Shown here: positions 16,878 to 24,200 of the stretch, piece after piece
How positions within the stretch are numbered: position 1 is the first letter of the stretch
Layout: each line of letters starts with the position of its first letter
Assembly (NCBI GenBank): GCA_045535295.1
Contig: JAZSLI010000014.1
Coordinates: 55,613 to 119,612 of the forward strand
From: Acutalibacteraceae bacterium
GTDB taxonomy: Bacteria; Bacillota; Clostridia; Oscillospirales; Acutalibacteraceae
Reading direction: 5' to 3'
Length of the DNA: 64,000 bases
Made by a program: the position numbers and the translations under genes
The notes under the pieces: model-generated
What the model was told of the DNA's origin: nothing
The model's database searches: none
Seen by the model: the letters and a program-made list of their open reading frames with translations, nothing else

Positions 16878-17774
16878 TTACCAAGGAGTAGGAACTTCGT
16901 CAACATAATGCCAACTGTTTTCTTTTTCCGTTTCACTGTAATATAATAACTTTCCCCTAAAACCAGCATACCATTTAAGTTCTTGACCATCAACTGTTTC
17001 GGTTTCCAATATTTTTTCAAAAGCTTCTTCTGTTGATTTATAGTACACATTATTTTCACAATCGCCAAATGCACCTGCACCTAAACTTTTTACTGTTTCT
17101 GGTATTACTAACCCATTAAATTGTGAATGATAAAACGCCCTATAGCCGATTCTTTCTACTGTTGACGGAATAGTGATTTTACAATTTCCCATATTATAAA
17201 AAGCATATCTACATATACTTGTTACACCCTCGTCAATTATTACCTCTTTAACAAATCTTGCATATTTGTTCCATGGAAGAGATTTGCCTTTGTTTGCGGG
17301 ATTGGAAAATTGATAAGCCACGAAATATTCATCCATTTCCCCTTTCCCAGAGATATGAAGAGTGAAATTTTCATAATATGTCCAAGTGACATTTTCTCCA
17401 CATTTACCACTATCAATTATTTTTGATTTAACAATTATTTCACAAGTTTCCTTTATGCCGTTTGGACCAGTTGCAGTGATTTTGCACGAGCCTATATTTT
17501 TTCCAATTATTTCACCATCGAAGTATTTTGCAATATTCTCGTCTGTTGATTCCCAAATTATGTCATTCTCATTAAAGTTGCCTGACACTTTGATTAACAA
17601 GGGCTTGATTTCTCCAACCGAGAGTTCTATTTTGGTCTCGGACAATGTTATAGTGTTATTCAAAGTTTCATTGTTTTTTAAATCATTATTAGAAGCGTTG
17701 ATTTTTTTGCTTTCACAAGCGCAAAGAGAAAATAAAACAAAACCTAATAATACCAGAGCCAAAAATCTTTTCAT
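16878..17774 (-). CDS. Lipoprotein with Big_2 (bacterial Ig-like) domain and BspA-type leucine-rich repeats
   Basis: The signal peptide plus lipobox is MKRFLALVLLGFVLFSLCAC. A Big_2-like block is present (VGEIKPLLIKV...WESTDENIA...GSCKITA). LRR_5-like repeats follow (IPSTVERIGYRAFY, IPETVKSLGAGAFGDC). I prefer the ATG at 17774. Confidence 0.7.
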   Translation of the reverse strand: MKRFLALVLLGFVLFSLCACESKKINASNNDLKNNETLNNTITLSETKIELSVGEIKPLLIKVSGNFNENDIIWESTDENIAKYFDGEIIGKNIGSCKITATGPNGIKETCEIIVKSKIIDSGKCGENVTWTYYENFTLHISGKGEMDEYFVAYQFSNPANKGKSLPWNKYARFVKEVIIDEGVTSICRYAFYNMGNCKITIPSTVERIGYRAFYHSQFNGLVIPETVKSLGAGAFGDCENNVYYKSTEEAFEKILETETVDGQELKWYAGFRGKLLYYSETEKENSWHYVDEVPTPW

Positions 17775-17928
17775 TTGCAAATCACCTTTTGTATTTGATA
17801 CCTTAATAATATCATTTTTGTAAAATAAAATCAATCTTTTTGAATAGTCATTTCATATTAATTTCTCTTTATTATAAATTGATTGTTTTTTAAAAAACAA
17901 AATAAGTTGTAAAAAAACAAAAAAGTCA

Positions 17929-17957
17929 TTGACATATTAAATATTTTTGCATATAAT
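17929..17957 (+). promoter_or_regulatory. Perfect consensus sigma-A promoter
   Basis: TTGACA (17929-17934) is followed by a 17-nt spacer and TATAAT (17952-17957). Confidence 0.65.
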
Positions 17958-17963
17958 AATGGT

Positions 17964-18178
17964 GTAAGGATGTAATCCTTATTAGGAAACGTGAGTTTCT
18001 GGACAAACGGCGAAACGAAAGTGGGAACGTTTGTTAAGTGATGAAGTGTGTGTTTATTCGAGTGAATACATTACGGAGCTTATTTGATGGTTGCATATCA
18101 GCCATGACTCGAATAGTTCTTTGAGCGAACAAAAAATATGACGAAGGCCTTGCTCTTTTGCAAGGCCTTTTGTTTTTT
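17964..18178 (+). ncRNA. Candidate ~215-nt structured non-coding RNA (or cis-regulatory leader) upstream of the nuclease-like ORF
   Basis: The unit is bounded by the consensus promoter and a strong terminator. Stems lie at 17965-17981, at 18003-18009/18028-18034, and at 18055-18063/18107-18115 (9 bp, enclosing 43 nt), plus the terminator stem. There is no credible ORF on the sense strand. Confidence 0.5.
18144..18178 (+). terminator. Rho-independent terminator ending the candidate RNA, about 15 nt before the next start codon
   Basis: A 10-bp G+C-rich stem (aaggccttgc / gcaaggcctt) has a 6-nt loop and is followed by TTGTTTTTT. Confidence 0.8.
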
Positions 18179-18193
18179 GAGGGGAATTTAAAA

Positions 18194-18901
18194 TTGGAAG
18201 ATTGTTTAAAAAAATTAGCTGACTCTTTTTCACGCGCAATACAATATGATTATATATACACTTTAGGGGATAAAAAAAGAAATATTAAAATTTCAATCGT
18301 TTCTAATAAAAGAGGCAATTTTACACATGTGTTTGGATTGGACCATTTAAAAGAATCACCTATTGTGATTGGGAACAATATTAAGCAGAAAGAAAAAATT
18401 TTCAAAAAAATAATAGATAAAAAAATTACTATGGATGATATAAAACAAGACCCAAACCTAAATAGTCCGATTGAAAAAACATGGAACGAATTAGAACAAA
18501 GACCTTATACGATATATGATAGAATTATCTTGCTTGAAAAATTCGATGAAATACTTGATGAGTCTGGTAATGGTAAGATATACCCATGGAACAATTCAGA
18601 TTGCCAAGTCGTAACAAATGAAGGTGTTCCAAGGATGGTAAACATAGAAGCCGATTATGTTTTAACTATGCCAACAAAACGCAGTACAAATGAGAAGTAT
18701 TATTTCTTTTTATATTTAGACAACAAACGTAACACAAACTCCGAGGAAATTTCCTTAGTTGTTCATTCTGCTTTTGTTGATTGCTGTGACTTAGTTCGCG
18801 GTCAACATTCTAAATATACTATTCTAAAATTAGATAAACGCTCGAGGGATAAAAAAATAGAAAATCTTTACATACATCCTAATTATAAAGAAGAACAATA
18901 A
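18194..18901 (+). CDS. Hypothetical 235-aa protein, possibly a PBECR-type (barnase/EndoU/RelE-fold) nuclease of mobile elements
   Basis: GAGGGG lies 9 nt upstream of the TTG at 18194, and the ORF-track start at 18158 lies inside the terminator stem. The N-terminal pattern YDYIYTLGD...NFTHVFGLDHLKE resembles what I remember of PBECR4-like proteins, but I could not verify this. Confidence 0.35.
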   Translation: MEDCLKKLADSFSRAIQYDYIYTLGDKKRNIKISIVSNKRGNFTHVFGLDHLKESPIVIGNNIKQKEKIFKKIIDKKITMDDIKQDPNLNSPIEKTWNELEQRPYTIYDRIILLEKFDEILDESGNGKIYPWNNSDCQVVTNEGVPRMVNIEADYVLTMPTKRSTNEKYYFFLYLDNKRNTNSEEISLVVHSAFVDCCDLVRGQHSKYTILKLDKRSRDKKIENLYIHPNYKEEQ

Positions 18902-18988
18902 TAATCGCACGCAATATATTCGTGTAGCAAACGCTTCTTTTTATTGATTCTGTGCGTAGCGGTGCGAAATATTTAAACGCTTTGCTCA

Positions 18989-19017
18989 TTGATATAACAT
19001 CTTGATTATGGTAAAAT
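18989..19017 (+). promoter_or_regulatory. Promoter of the serine recombinase gene (extended -10)
   Basis: TTGATA is followed by a 17-nt spacer ending in TGG, then TAAAAT. Confidence 0.5.
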
Positions 19018-19044
19018 ATCTATAACAGAAAGCGAGGGCTTACG

Positions 19045-20724
19045 ATGAAGAAAGCGGTTATTTATGCGAGATACAGTTCTCACAAACAAAGAGAAGAATC
19101 TATTGAAAGACAACTTGAAATCTGCCACAAGTTTGCAGAAGATAACGATTACGAAATAATTGCGGAATACTGTGACCGAGAGCGAACAGGAAGAAACGAT
19201 AATCGCTTAAACTTTCAAAAAATGATGAAAGATGCCGAGCGAAAAGAGTTCGAGGCAGTTATTATTTTAAAACAAGACCGCTTTGCGAGAAAAAGAGCAG
19301 ATAGTCAAATCAACAAGTTACGGTTAGCAGCCTTTAACATACGGGTATTGTCGGCAACCGAACCAATTCCCGAAGGTTCAAGTGGCATCTTAATGGAGTC
19401 GCTTTTAGAGGGTATTGCCGAATACTATTCTGCCGAATTGGCCGAAAAGGTTACCGACGGAATGAGAAAGAATATTTTGAAAGGCACGGCAAACGGCAGT
19501 TATAGAACCTATGGCTATGACATAGTAGATAAGAAATATGTTGTGAACCCCGATGAAGCCGCCCTTGTCAAAAAGATATTTGAAAAGTATGCCAACGGCG
19601 ACACAGTAAAGTCCATTATTGAATATTGCAATAACCGAGGTTACAAGACTGCACAAGGCAAAGAGTTTGGTTATTGCTACATAGAGCGAATGCTCAAAAA
19701 TAAAAAGTATATCGGCATCTACTCTTGGTCAGACATAGAAAAAGCCGACAGTATTGAAGCCATTGTTGATGAGCGAATTTTCAATAAGGTTCAAAAGCGA
19801 ATAGAAGAAAATGCCAACACAGGAGCAAGGGAAAATGCGGTTGTTGACTATGTATTAAGCGGTAAAGCATTTTGCGGTCATTGTGAGCAACCTTTGGTGG
19901 CAGACTCGGTTACAAAGACAGTTAAAAATGCAAAAACCGATAACTCAAAAAAGGCCGTCTTTGATTTTACTCTGCTTACCTTTAACAAGATAAACGAACT
20001 GCTTTCAGAAGAACCCGAACCCGAATTGCAAGAAGATGCAAACAAACGAGTATATCGTTATTATGTTTGCAGAGGCAGAAAAGAAAAGGCATTTAAAAAT
20101 GGTTGTCACAAACAACGACTTAACAAAGACAAATTAGAAAATGCGGTTATTGCATATACTGCAAATCAATATCTTTGTGACGAGAATATAGAAGAACTTG
20201 CAAAAGCAATTTACAAAGTGCAAAATCAAGTTACAAGCAACCCGAACATAAAAGAAATTGAGTATAAGATATTGGAAGAGGCCAAGAAAATAGAAAACCT
20301 TTATGTTATGGTTGAGTCGGGGCATTTTACAAATAAAGTCTTTGAACGAATAGAACAGGCAGAACTGCGAAAAGAAGATTACGAAAAAGAATTAAGGCGA
20401 TTAAAGAAAGAAATGCCGAAACTGACACTTGAACAAATAAAGGAAAAACTTGGTTTAATAAGACTAACAATGCAGTCGTATGTTAAGTTCGGCGAGATAC
20501 CGATTAAAATCAAAAAAGCATTTTGCGATGCATTTATTGAAAAGGTTTATGTCTTTGACGATGACGACGGCGACGACGGAAACGGCAAGGGCAAAAAGAC
20601 AAGAGTTAAGATAATATTTGATGCATTTGAGTCGGAGGGCCTTTTGGGGTTCGACGATGCTGAAATTGAAATAAGTTCGAAATTGGAAACACTTGGTTCA
20701 CCACGAGCAACTCCGCTTAAATAG
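19045..20724 (+). CDS. Large serine recombinase (resolvase/invertase catalytic domain + recombinase domain + zinc ribbon + coiled coil)
   Basis: The N-terminal catalytic block AVIYARYSSHKQ is followed by RQ and by DR-x-x-R. Cys-rich zinc-ribbon segments are present (CGHCEQ...YYVCRGR...GCH). The C-terminus is a coiled coil with an acidic DDDDGDDGNG tract. Confidence 0.9.
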   Translation: MKKAVIYARYSSHKQREESIERQLEICHKFAEDNDYEIIAEYCDRERTGRNDNRLNFQKMMKDAERKEFEAVIILKQDRFARKRADSQINKLRLAAFNIRVLSATEPIPEGSSGILMESLLEGIAEYYSAELAEKVTDGMRKNILKGTANGSYRTYGYDIVDKKYVVNPDEAALVKKIFEKYANGDTVKSIIEYCNNRGYKTAQGKEFGYCYIERMLKNKKYIGIYSWSDIEKADSIEAIVDERIFNKVQKRIEENANTGARENAVVDYVLSGKAFCGHCEQPLVADSVTKTVKNAKTDNSKKAVFDFTLLTFNKINELLSEEPEPELQEDANKRVYRYYVCRGRKEKAFKNGCHKQRLNKDKLENAVIAYTANQYLCDENIEELAKAIYKVQNQVTSNPNIKEIEYKILEEAKKIENLYVMVESGHFTNKVFERIEQAELRKEDYEKELRRLKKEMPKLTLEQIKEKLGLIRLTMQSYVKFGEIPIKIKKAFCDAFIEKVYVFDDDDGDDGNGKGKKTRVKIIFDAFESEGLLGFDDAEIEISSKLETLGSPRATPLK

Positions 20725-20742
20725 TGGGGTTGCTCTTTTTTT
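20705..20742 (+). terminator. Terminator overlapping the 3' end of the serine recombinase gene
   Basis: The stem gagcaac / gttgctc has a 17-nt loop and is followed by TTTTTTTG. Confidence 0.5.
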
Positions 20743-20806
20743 GTTTATAAAGAGAAATCTCGAAAATTGGATTTTTCTTTCACTTTTTCTTTCACTTTGA
20801 GTTTTT

Positions 20807-21073
20807 TCAAGATGTGCAAAAATCATTTGTTTTAAATGAGTTTGCAATATTCATTTTTCTTTCAATATCAAGATGCCCATAAATGTATTTTCTTGCATCA
20901 AACAGCAGAGAAACGGTTGGTGCAGGCGTTATGGTTAGACCTAACAGTTTTGTAAGCTTCCAGTATGATGCATCGGGCGTCACGACTTGGTTTGATGTCA
21001 GATGTGGTGGTGTTGGTGTAAGGCTTGCAGGCAGATAACAGCGTTCTTCTATGGTAAGATGGGTGTAGTTCAT
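20807..21073 (-). pseudogene. Possible decayed IS30-family transposase stub
   Basis: The first 12 residues, MNYTHLTIEERC, match the characteristic IS30 N-terminal HTH start (x-HLT-x-EER). The remaining sequence is Pro/Thr-rich and unlike any transposase. Two overlapping frames are open in a locally G+C-rich patch. Confidence 0.2.
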
Positions 21074-21184
21074 ATGGTTCTCTCATTGTGGTTTATTGTG
21101 TGGTAACTTTATTCTACCAGAGATCCATATGAACTTCTATTTTATTTTGCTAAAGTGTTGCACTTGATAGTATAACTCACCCTG

Positions 21185-21220
21185 TTTTAAAACCCGAAGT
21201 AACCTTATGGTTGCTTCGGG
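21185..21220 (-). terminator. Rho-independent terminator of the HAD hydrolase gene
   Basis: On the minus strand the stem is cccgaagcaacc / ggttacttcggg, followed by TTTTAAAA. Confidence 0.65.
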
Positions 21221-21232
21221 TATAATTTTGTT

Positions 21233-21913
21233 TCATAATATTTCTTTTAATTGTTCTAATGAATTGATTTCAAAGTCACAAGGGTATTTTGCGGTGAGCT
21301 TATCGGGATTAAACCAACAGGTTTTAATTCCCGAATTAATTCCGCCCAAAATGTCTGAGCTTTGGCTATCACCGATAATAAGCATTTTATTTTTATCTGT
21401 TTCGGGGATATTATCAACAACATAGTCAAAGTATTCCTTTTCCGGTTTTTGATGACCTGCATCCTCAGAAACGAACACTTTATCAAAATATGTCACTAAG
21501 CCTGAATTATTTATTCTTTTGAATTGTGTTGATGAAAGTCCGTTAGTAGTTGCATAAAGCTTATAACCCTTTTGTTTTAGGTATTGAAGAATATCATCAG
21601 CACCTTCAATCTTGAAATAACCCTCGGATAAATTTGCTGAATAGGTTTTTGAAATGGCTGAAATATCACCACTTTTGCCAAGAAATTCTAAAAGGGTTTC
21701 AAATCTTCCTTCAAAAATTGCCGATTTGGGTATTTCACCCCGTTCAAAGCTTTCCCAATAGCTTTTGTTAATTTGGGAATATTTAGTTACAGTTTCATCA
21801 TCGTATGGCAAACAAAAGGTTTTAAGCGTTTTTCTAACCGCTTGTTTTTCTGCTATATTGAAATCGAGCAGAGTATTATCAATATCTAAAAATAATGTGG
21901 TGAAATGATTCAA
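21233..21913 (-). CDS. HAD-superfamily hydrolase (YjjG-like nucleotidase subfamily)
   Basis: Motif I is FLDIDNTLLDF, motif II is ATTNG, and motif IV is IGDSQSSDILGG. Confidence 0.75.
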   Translation of the reverse strand: MNHFTTLFLDIDNTLLDFNIAEKQAVRKTLKTFCLPYDDETVTKYSQINKSYWESFERGEIPKSAIFEGRFETLLEFLGKSGDISAISKTYSANLSEGYFKIEGADDILQYLKQKGYKLYATTNGLSSTQFKRINNSGLVTYFDKVFVSEDAGHQKPEKEYFDYVVDNIPETDKNKMLIIGDSQSSDILGGINSGIKTCWFNPDKLTAKYPCDFEINSLEQLKEIL

Positions 21914-21938
21914 GTTAAAAAACGTCCTTTGTTTTTAT

Positions 21939-22730
21939 TTATATAACAAATGCTAAAATTGATGAAATAATTGAAATTATGTACTGCGAAACAAACATTA
22001 GAATAATGCCAAGAGCTAACATTCCTTCCGAAACACCGCCTATAGCCGAAAGTCCGATTTTGTAATAACGCTCATCAGCAATGCGGTTTTTATAATCCTT
22101 GATTTTTGAAACACAGTGATTTTTATAAATATAAAAGCCAAAAAGTCCAGAAAACAGTAAGGTTGCAATATTTGCAATTTCCTCAATAGCTGAGGCAATT
22201 ATGGTTAAGATGGTTTCGGTTGGGGAAATGTTTTCAAAAGCATTTATAATAGCATTACGGTCAGCAGAAGAAAAGGCATCAACAAGAGCTTCTAATGTGG
22301 TGCTGGTTTCTCCAAATGTAAGGGCAGTTGTAATGGCGGTAATAATTGCGCCCAAACCTGTAAAAATAATTGCAGGTTTATACATTTTACGGTAAAAAAA
22401 CCATATTGAAGCACCAAATGGACCTAAAAGAAAACTTAAAATAGCCGCCGGCCAACACCAAGAAATTTTGCTGCCGCTATATTCCATTTTCAAGAATTTA
22501 GGCAAAATGTTTGCTTGTTTTTTGCCGATAAATATTGAAATTTCCTCACTGGGAATTCCTTCAATTAAAGCATCGTTTGAAAAAGATGTTGTGGGCTCGG
22601 GGTTTTGATTTTGAAAGCCTTGGCCTTCGATTTCGTTTTTAAGTGGTTTGAGCTGATTGCCGCAATTTTTACAGTAAATAAATTCACTTTCGTTTTCGGT
22701 TCCACATTCTGAACAAAATATTTTTTCCAT
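21939..22730 (-). CDS. Zinc-ribbon plus DUF2628-like membrane protein
   Basis: The N-terminus has CSECG...CKNCG. The central block SWCWPAAILSFLLGPFGASIWFFYRKMY is followed by several TM segments. Confidence 0.6.
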   Translation of the reverse strand: MEKIFCSECGTENESEFIYCKNCGNQLKPLKNEIEGQGFQNQNPEPTTSFSNDALIEGIPSEEISIFIGKKQANILPKFLKMEYSGSKISWCWPAAILSFLLGPFGASIWFFYRKMYKPAIIFTGLGAIITAITTALTFGETSTTLEALVDAFSSADRNAIINAFENISPTETILTIIASAIEEIANIATLLFSGLFGFYIYKNHCVSKIKDYKNRIADERYYKIGLSAIGGVSEGMLALGIILMFVSQYIISIISSILAFVI

Positions 22731-22761
22731 AAATAACAGTCCTTTTAGTATATTATAATCA

Positions 22762-23679
22762 TTATAAAAACGTTAAAATAATATTAGGGAGATATTGTGT
22801 TATAATCATTCCAACAAAGAAAAGCAGAATATTAACGCCGCCTTTTTTAATGAAATCGGTTTCTATATCTTCACTTTCAGCCTTGATTTTCTTTATAGCC
22901 GAAATTGTGTGATTTTTATAGATATAGTCGCCAAATAGGCCCGCAATAATGCTGCTGGCTAATCCGATTACAAAGGCAATAAGAGATAAAATAATTGGCC
23001 AGATAAGGCTTGAAAAATTATTGGTAACAGCAGTAAGTATTTCGGTGCTAGTGGCTTGGCTTAATCCTAAAGTGTTTAGCGAAGCTGCAAGGGGATATGA
23101 AAATAAAACTGAAATTATTTGCAAAAACCCAAGAATGAAAGCGGGCTTGAAGATTTTTCTTGAAAGTGCCCATTCGAATGGAAAAAGAAAAGCCATCCAG
23201 TTCCAAGAAATCTTGTTGCTTTTTGTAATGGAAACAAATTTCGGGATATATCTATGGGTGTTGGTTGCAACAAACTTTTTTGTCTCTTCGGCGGTTATAT
23301 CGTCTTCAATGATATAGTCGGCGGGGATGCCACCTAAAAAATCAAACTGCGAAAATCCCGGAAATTTTAAAGGATTAGGGGAATGACATTTTAAGCAGTA
23401 TTTTTCCGTGACGGGATATTTTTCATGACAATTGTTGCAAACGATATAATCTTCTTTTTTATCTTCTTGTGAATTTTCACTTTTGATATTTTGAGGCTCG
23501 TCATTCGCACTATACTGATTTTGCGTTCCGTGAAATTCCTCTAATGCACAATGACCAAGGGCACTGTAACATTCTCTGTGATGTGGAGCGCCGCATTCGG
23601 GACAAAATACAACATCATCATTTTCAAAAAGATATGCACTGCAACGGGCACATTTTAGATTTTCAAGATTTAAGCTCAT
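22762..23679 (-). CDS. RING/zinc-ribbon plus DUF2628-like membrane protein (paralogue of the downstream gene)
   Basis: The N-terminus has CARC...CPECGAPHHRECY, and a second CNNC...CLKC pair follows. The SWNWMAFLFPFEWALSRKIF block and C-terminal TM segments are also present. Confidence 0.6.
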   Translation of the reverse strand: MSLNLENLKCARCSAYLFENDDVVFCPECGAPHHRECYSALGHCALEEFHGTQNQYSANDEPQNIKSENSQEDKKEDYIVCNNCHEKYPVTEKYCLKCHSPNPLKFPGFSQFDFLGGIPADYIIEDDITAEETKKFVATNTHRYIPKFVSITKSNKISWNWMAFLFPFEWALSRKIFKPAFILGFLQIISVLFSYPLAASLNTLGLSQATSTEILTAVTNNFSSLIWPIILSLIAFVIGLASSIIAGLFGDYIYKNHTISAIKKIKAESEDIETDFIKKGGVNILLFFVGMIITQYLPNIILTFL

Positions 23680-24200
23680 ACCATAGCTCCTCTAAATTCC
23701 TCTATTTTTTGGAAAACATTTTTAAAATATTCGTGCCCGTAATTATGAAAAAGGCTTTTTTCGATCATTTGCTTTAATTCCCCAAGGGTTACCCATTTAA
23801 CCTCAGCAACCTCAGAAGCCTGAAGCTTTAAAGATGTAATATCGGCATCAAACTGTGTAAACCAAACATCTAGCAAAGAGTTTCTCCTTTTAATTCTGAG
23901 CATTTGTTTAAGGGTTTTAGGGCTGGTTTTAATGCTTAACTCCTCAAATAATTCGCGTGAAGCAGCAGTGAAAGAATCCTCTCCCGCAACTGCTGCGCCG
24001 CCCGTTGCCGCCCATTCACCCGGCATTAGTTTTTTATGCTTTGAGCGGCGTTGAATTAAGATTTTACCGCTTTGCGAAACAACCCAAATATGAACAACAA
24101 GATGATATTCATTTTTGGAGAGTGTATTAGCACCTCTAAAAACGGTTTTTCCTGTTGGGATTCCGTTTTTATCTAAAACATCCCATCTTTCAGGCATCAT
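23676..24200 (-). CDS. NUDIX hydrolase
   Basis: The Nudix box is GEWAATGGAAVAGEDSFTAASRELFEELSI. I prefer the start MMPERWD at 24200, which gives only a short overlap with the upstream gene, over the ORF-track start at 24350. Confidence 0.8.
   Translation of the reverse strand: MMPERWDVLDKNGIPTGKTVFRGANTLSKNEYHLVVHIWVVSQSGKILIQRRSKHKKLMPGEWAATGGAAVAGEDSFTAASRELFEELSIKTSPKTLKQMLRIKRRNSLLDVWFTQFDADITSLKLQASEVAEVKWVTLGELKQMIEKSLFHNYGHEYFKNVFQKIEEFRGAMV

Larger units (their letters stand above)
14584..21190. mobile_element. Integrated genomic island (possibly composite) adjacent to tRNA-Lys, carrying a tyrosine recombinase and a large serine recombinase
   Basis: The island begins directly 3' of a tRNA gene. 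It contains two site-specific recombinases, cargo of unknown function, locally G+C-rich ORF-free patches and a possible IS-like stub. Flanking genes are housekeeping. The exact ends were not determined. Confidence 0.6.

Noticed and set aside
16736-17080. A 114-aa minus-strand ORF overlapping the 3' end of the lipoprotein gene and its terminator.
   Set aside because: It overlaps a better-supported gene in another frame and reads through a bidirectional terminator. Its composition is Lys/Leu/Asn-rich, typical of a frame arising by chance in AT-rich DNA.
18054-18239. A 61-aa minus-strand ORF across the candidate RNA and its terminator.
   Set aside because: It is antisense to a promoter-terminator-bounded unit, spans the terminator stem, has no RBS and has a low-complexity composition. 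It is most likely a chance frame.
20646-20659. GGGGTTCGA followed by CGATG, resembling the tRNA-Lys T-arm and acceptor 3' end; a possible attR duplicate.
   Set aside because: It lies inside the intact serine recombinase coding frame (LLGFDDAE). It is only a split 9+5 nt match, about what is expected by chance when roughly 30 nt are scanned against 6.6 kb. The similar TGGTTCACCACGAG at about 20694 is rejected for the same reason.
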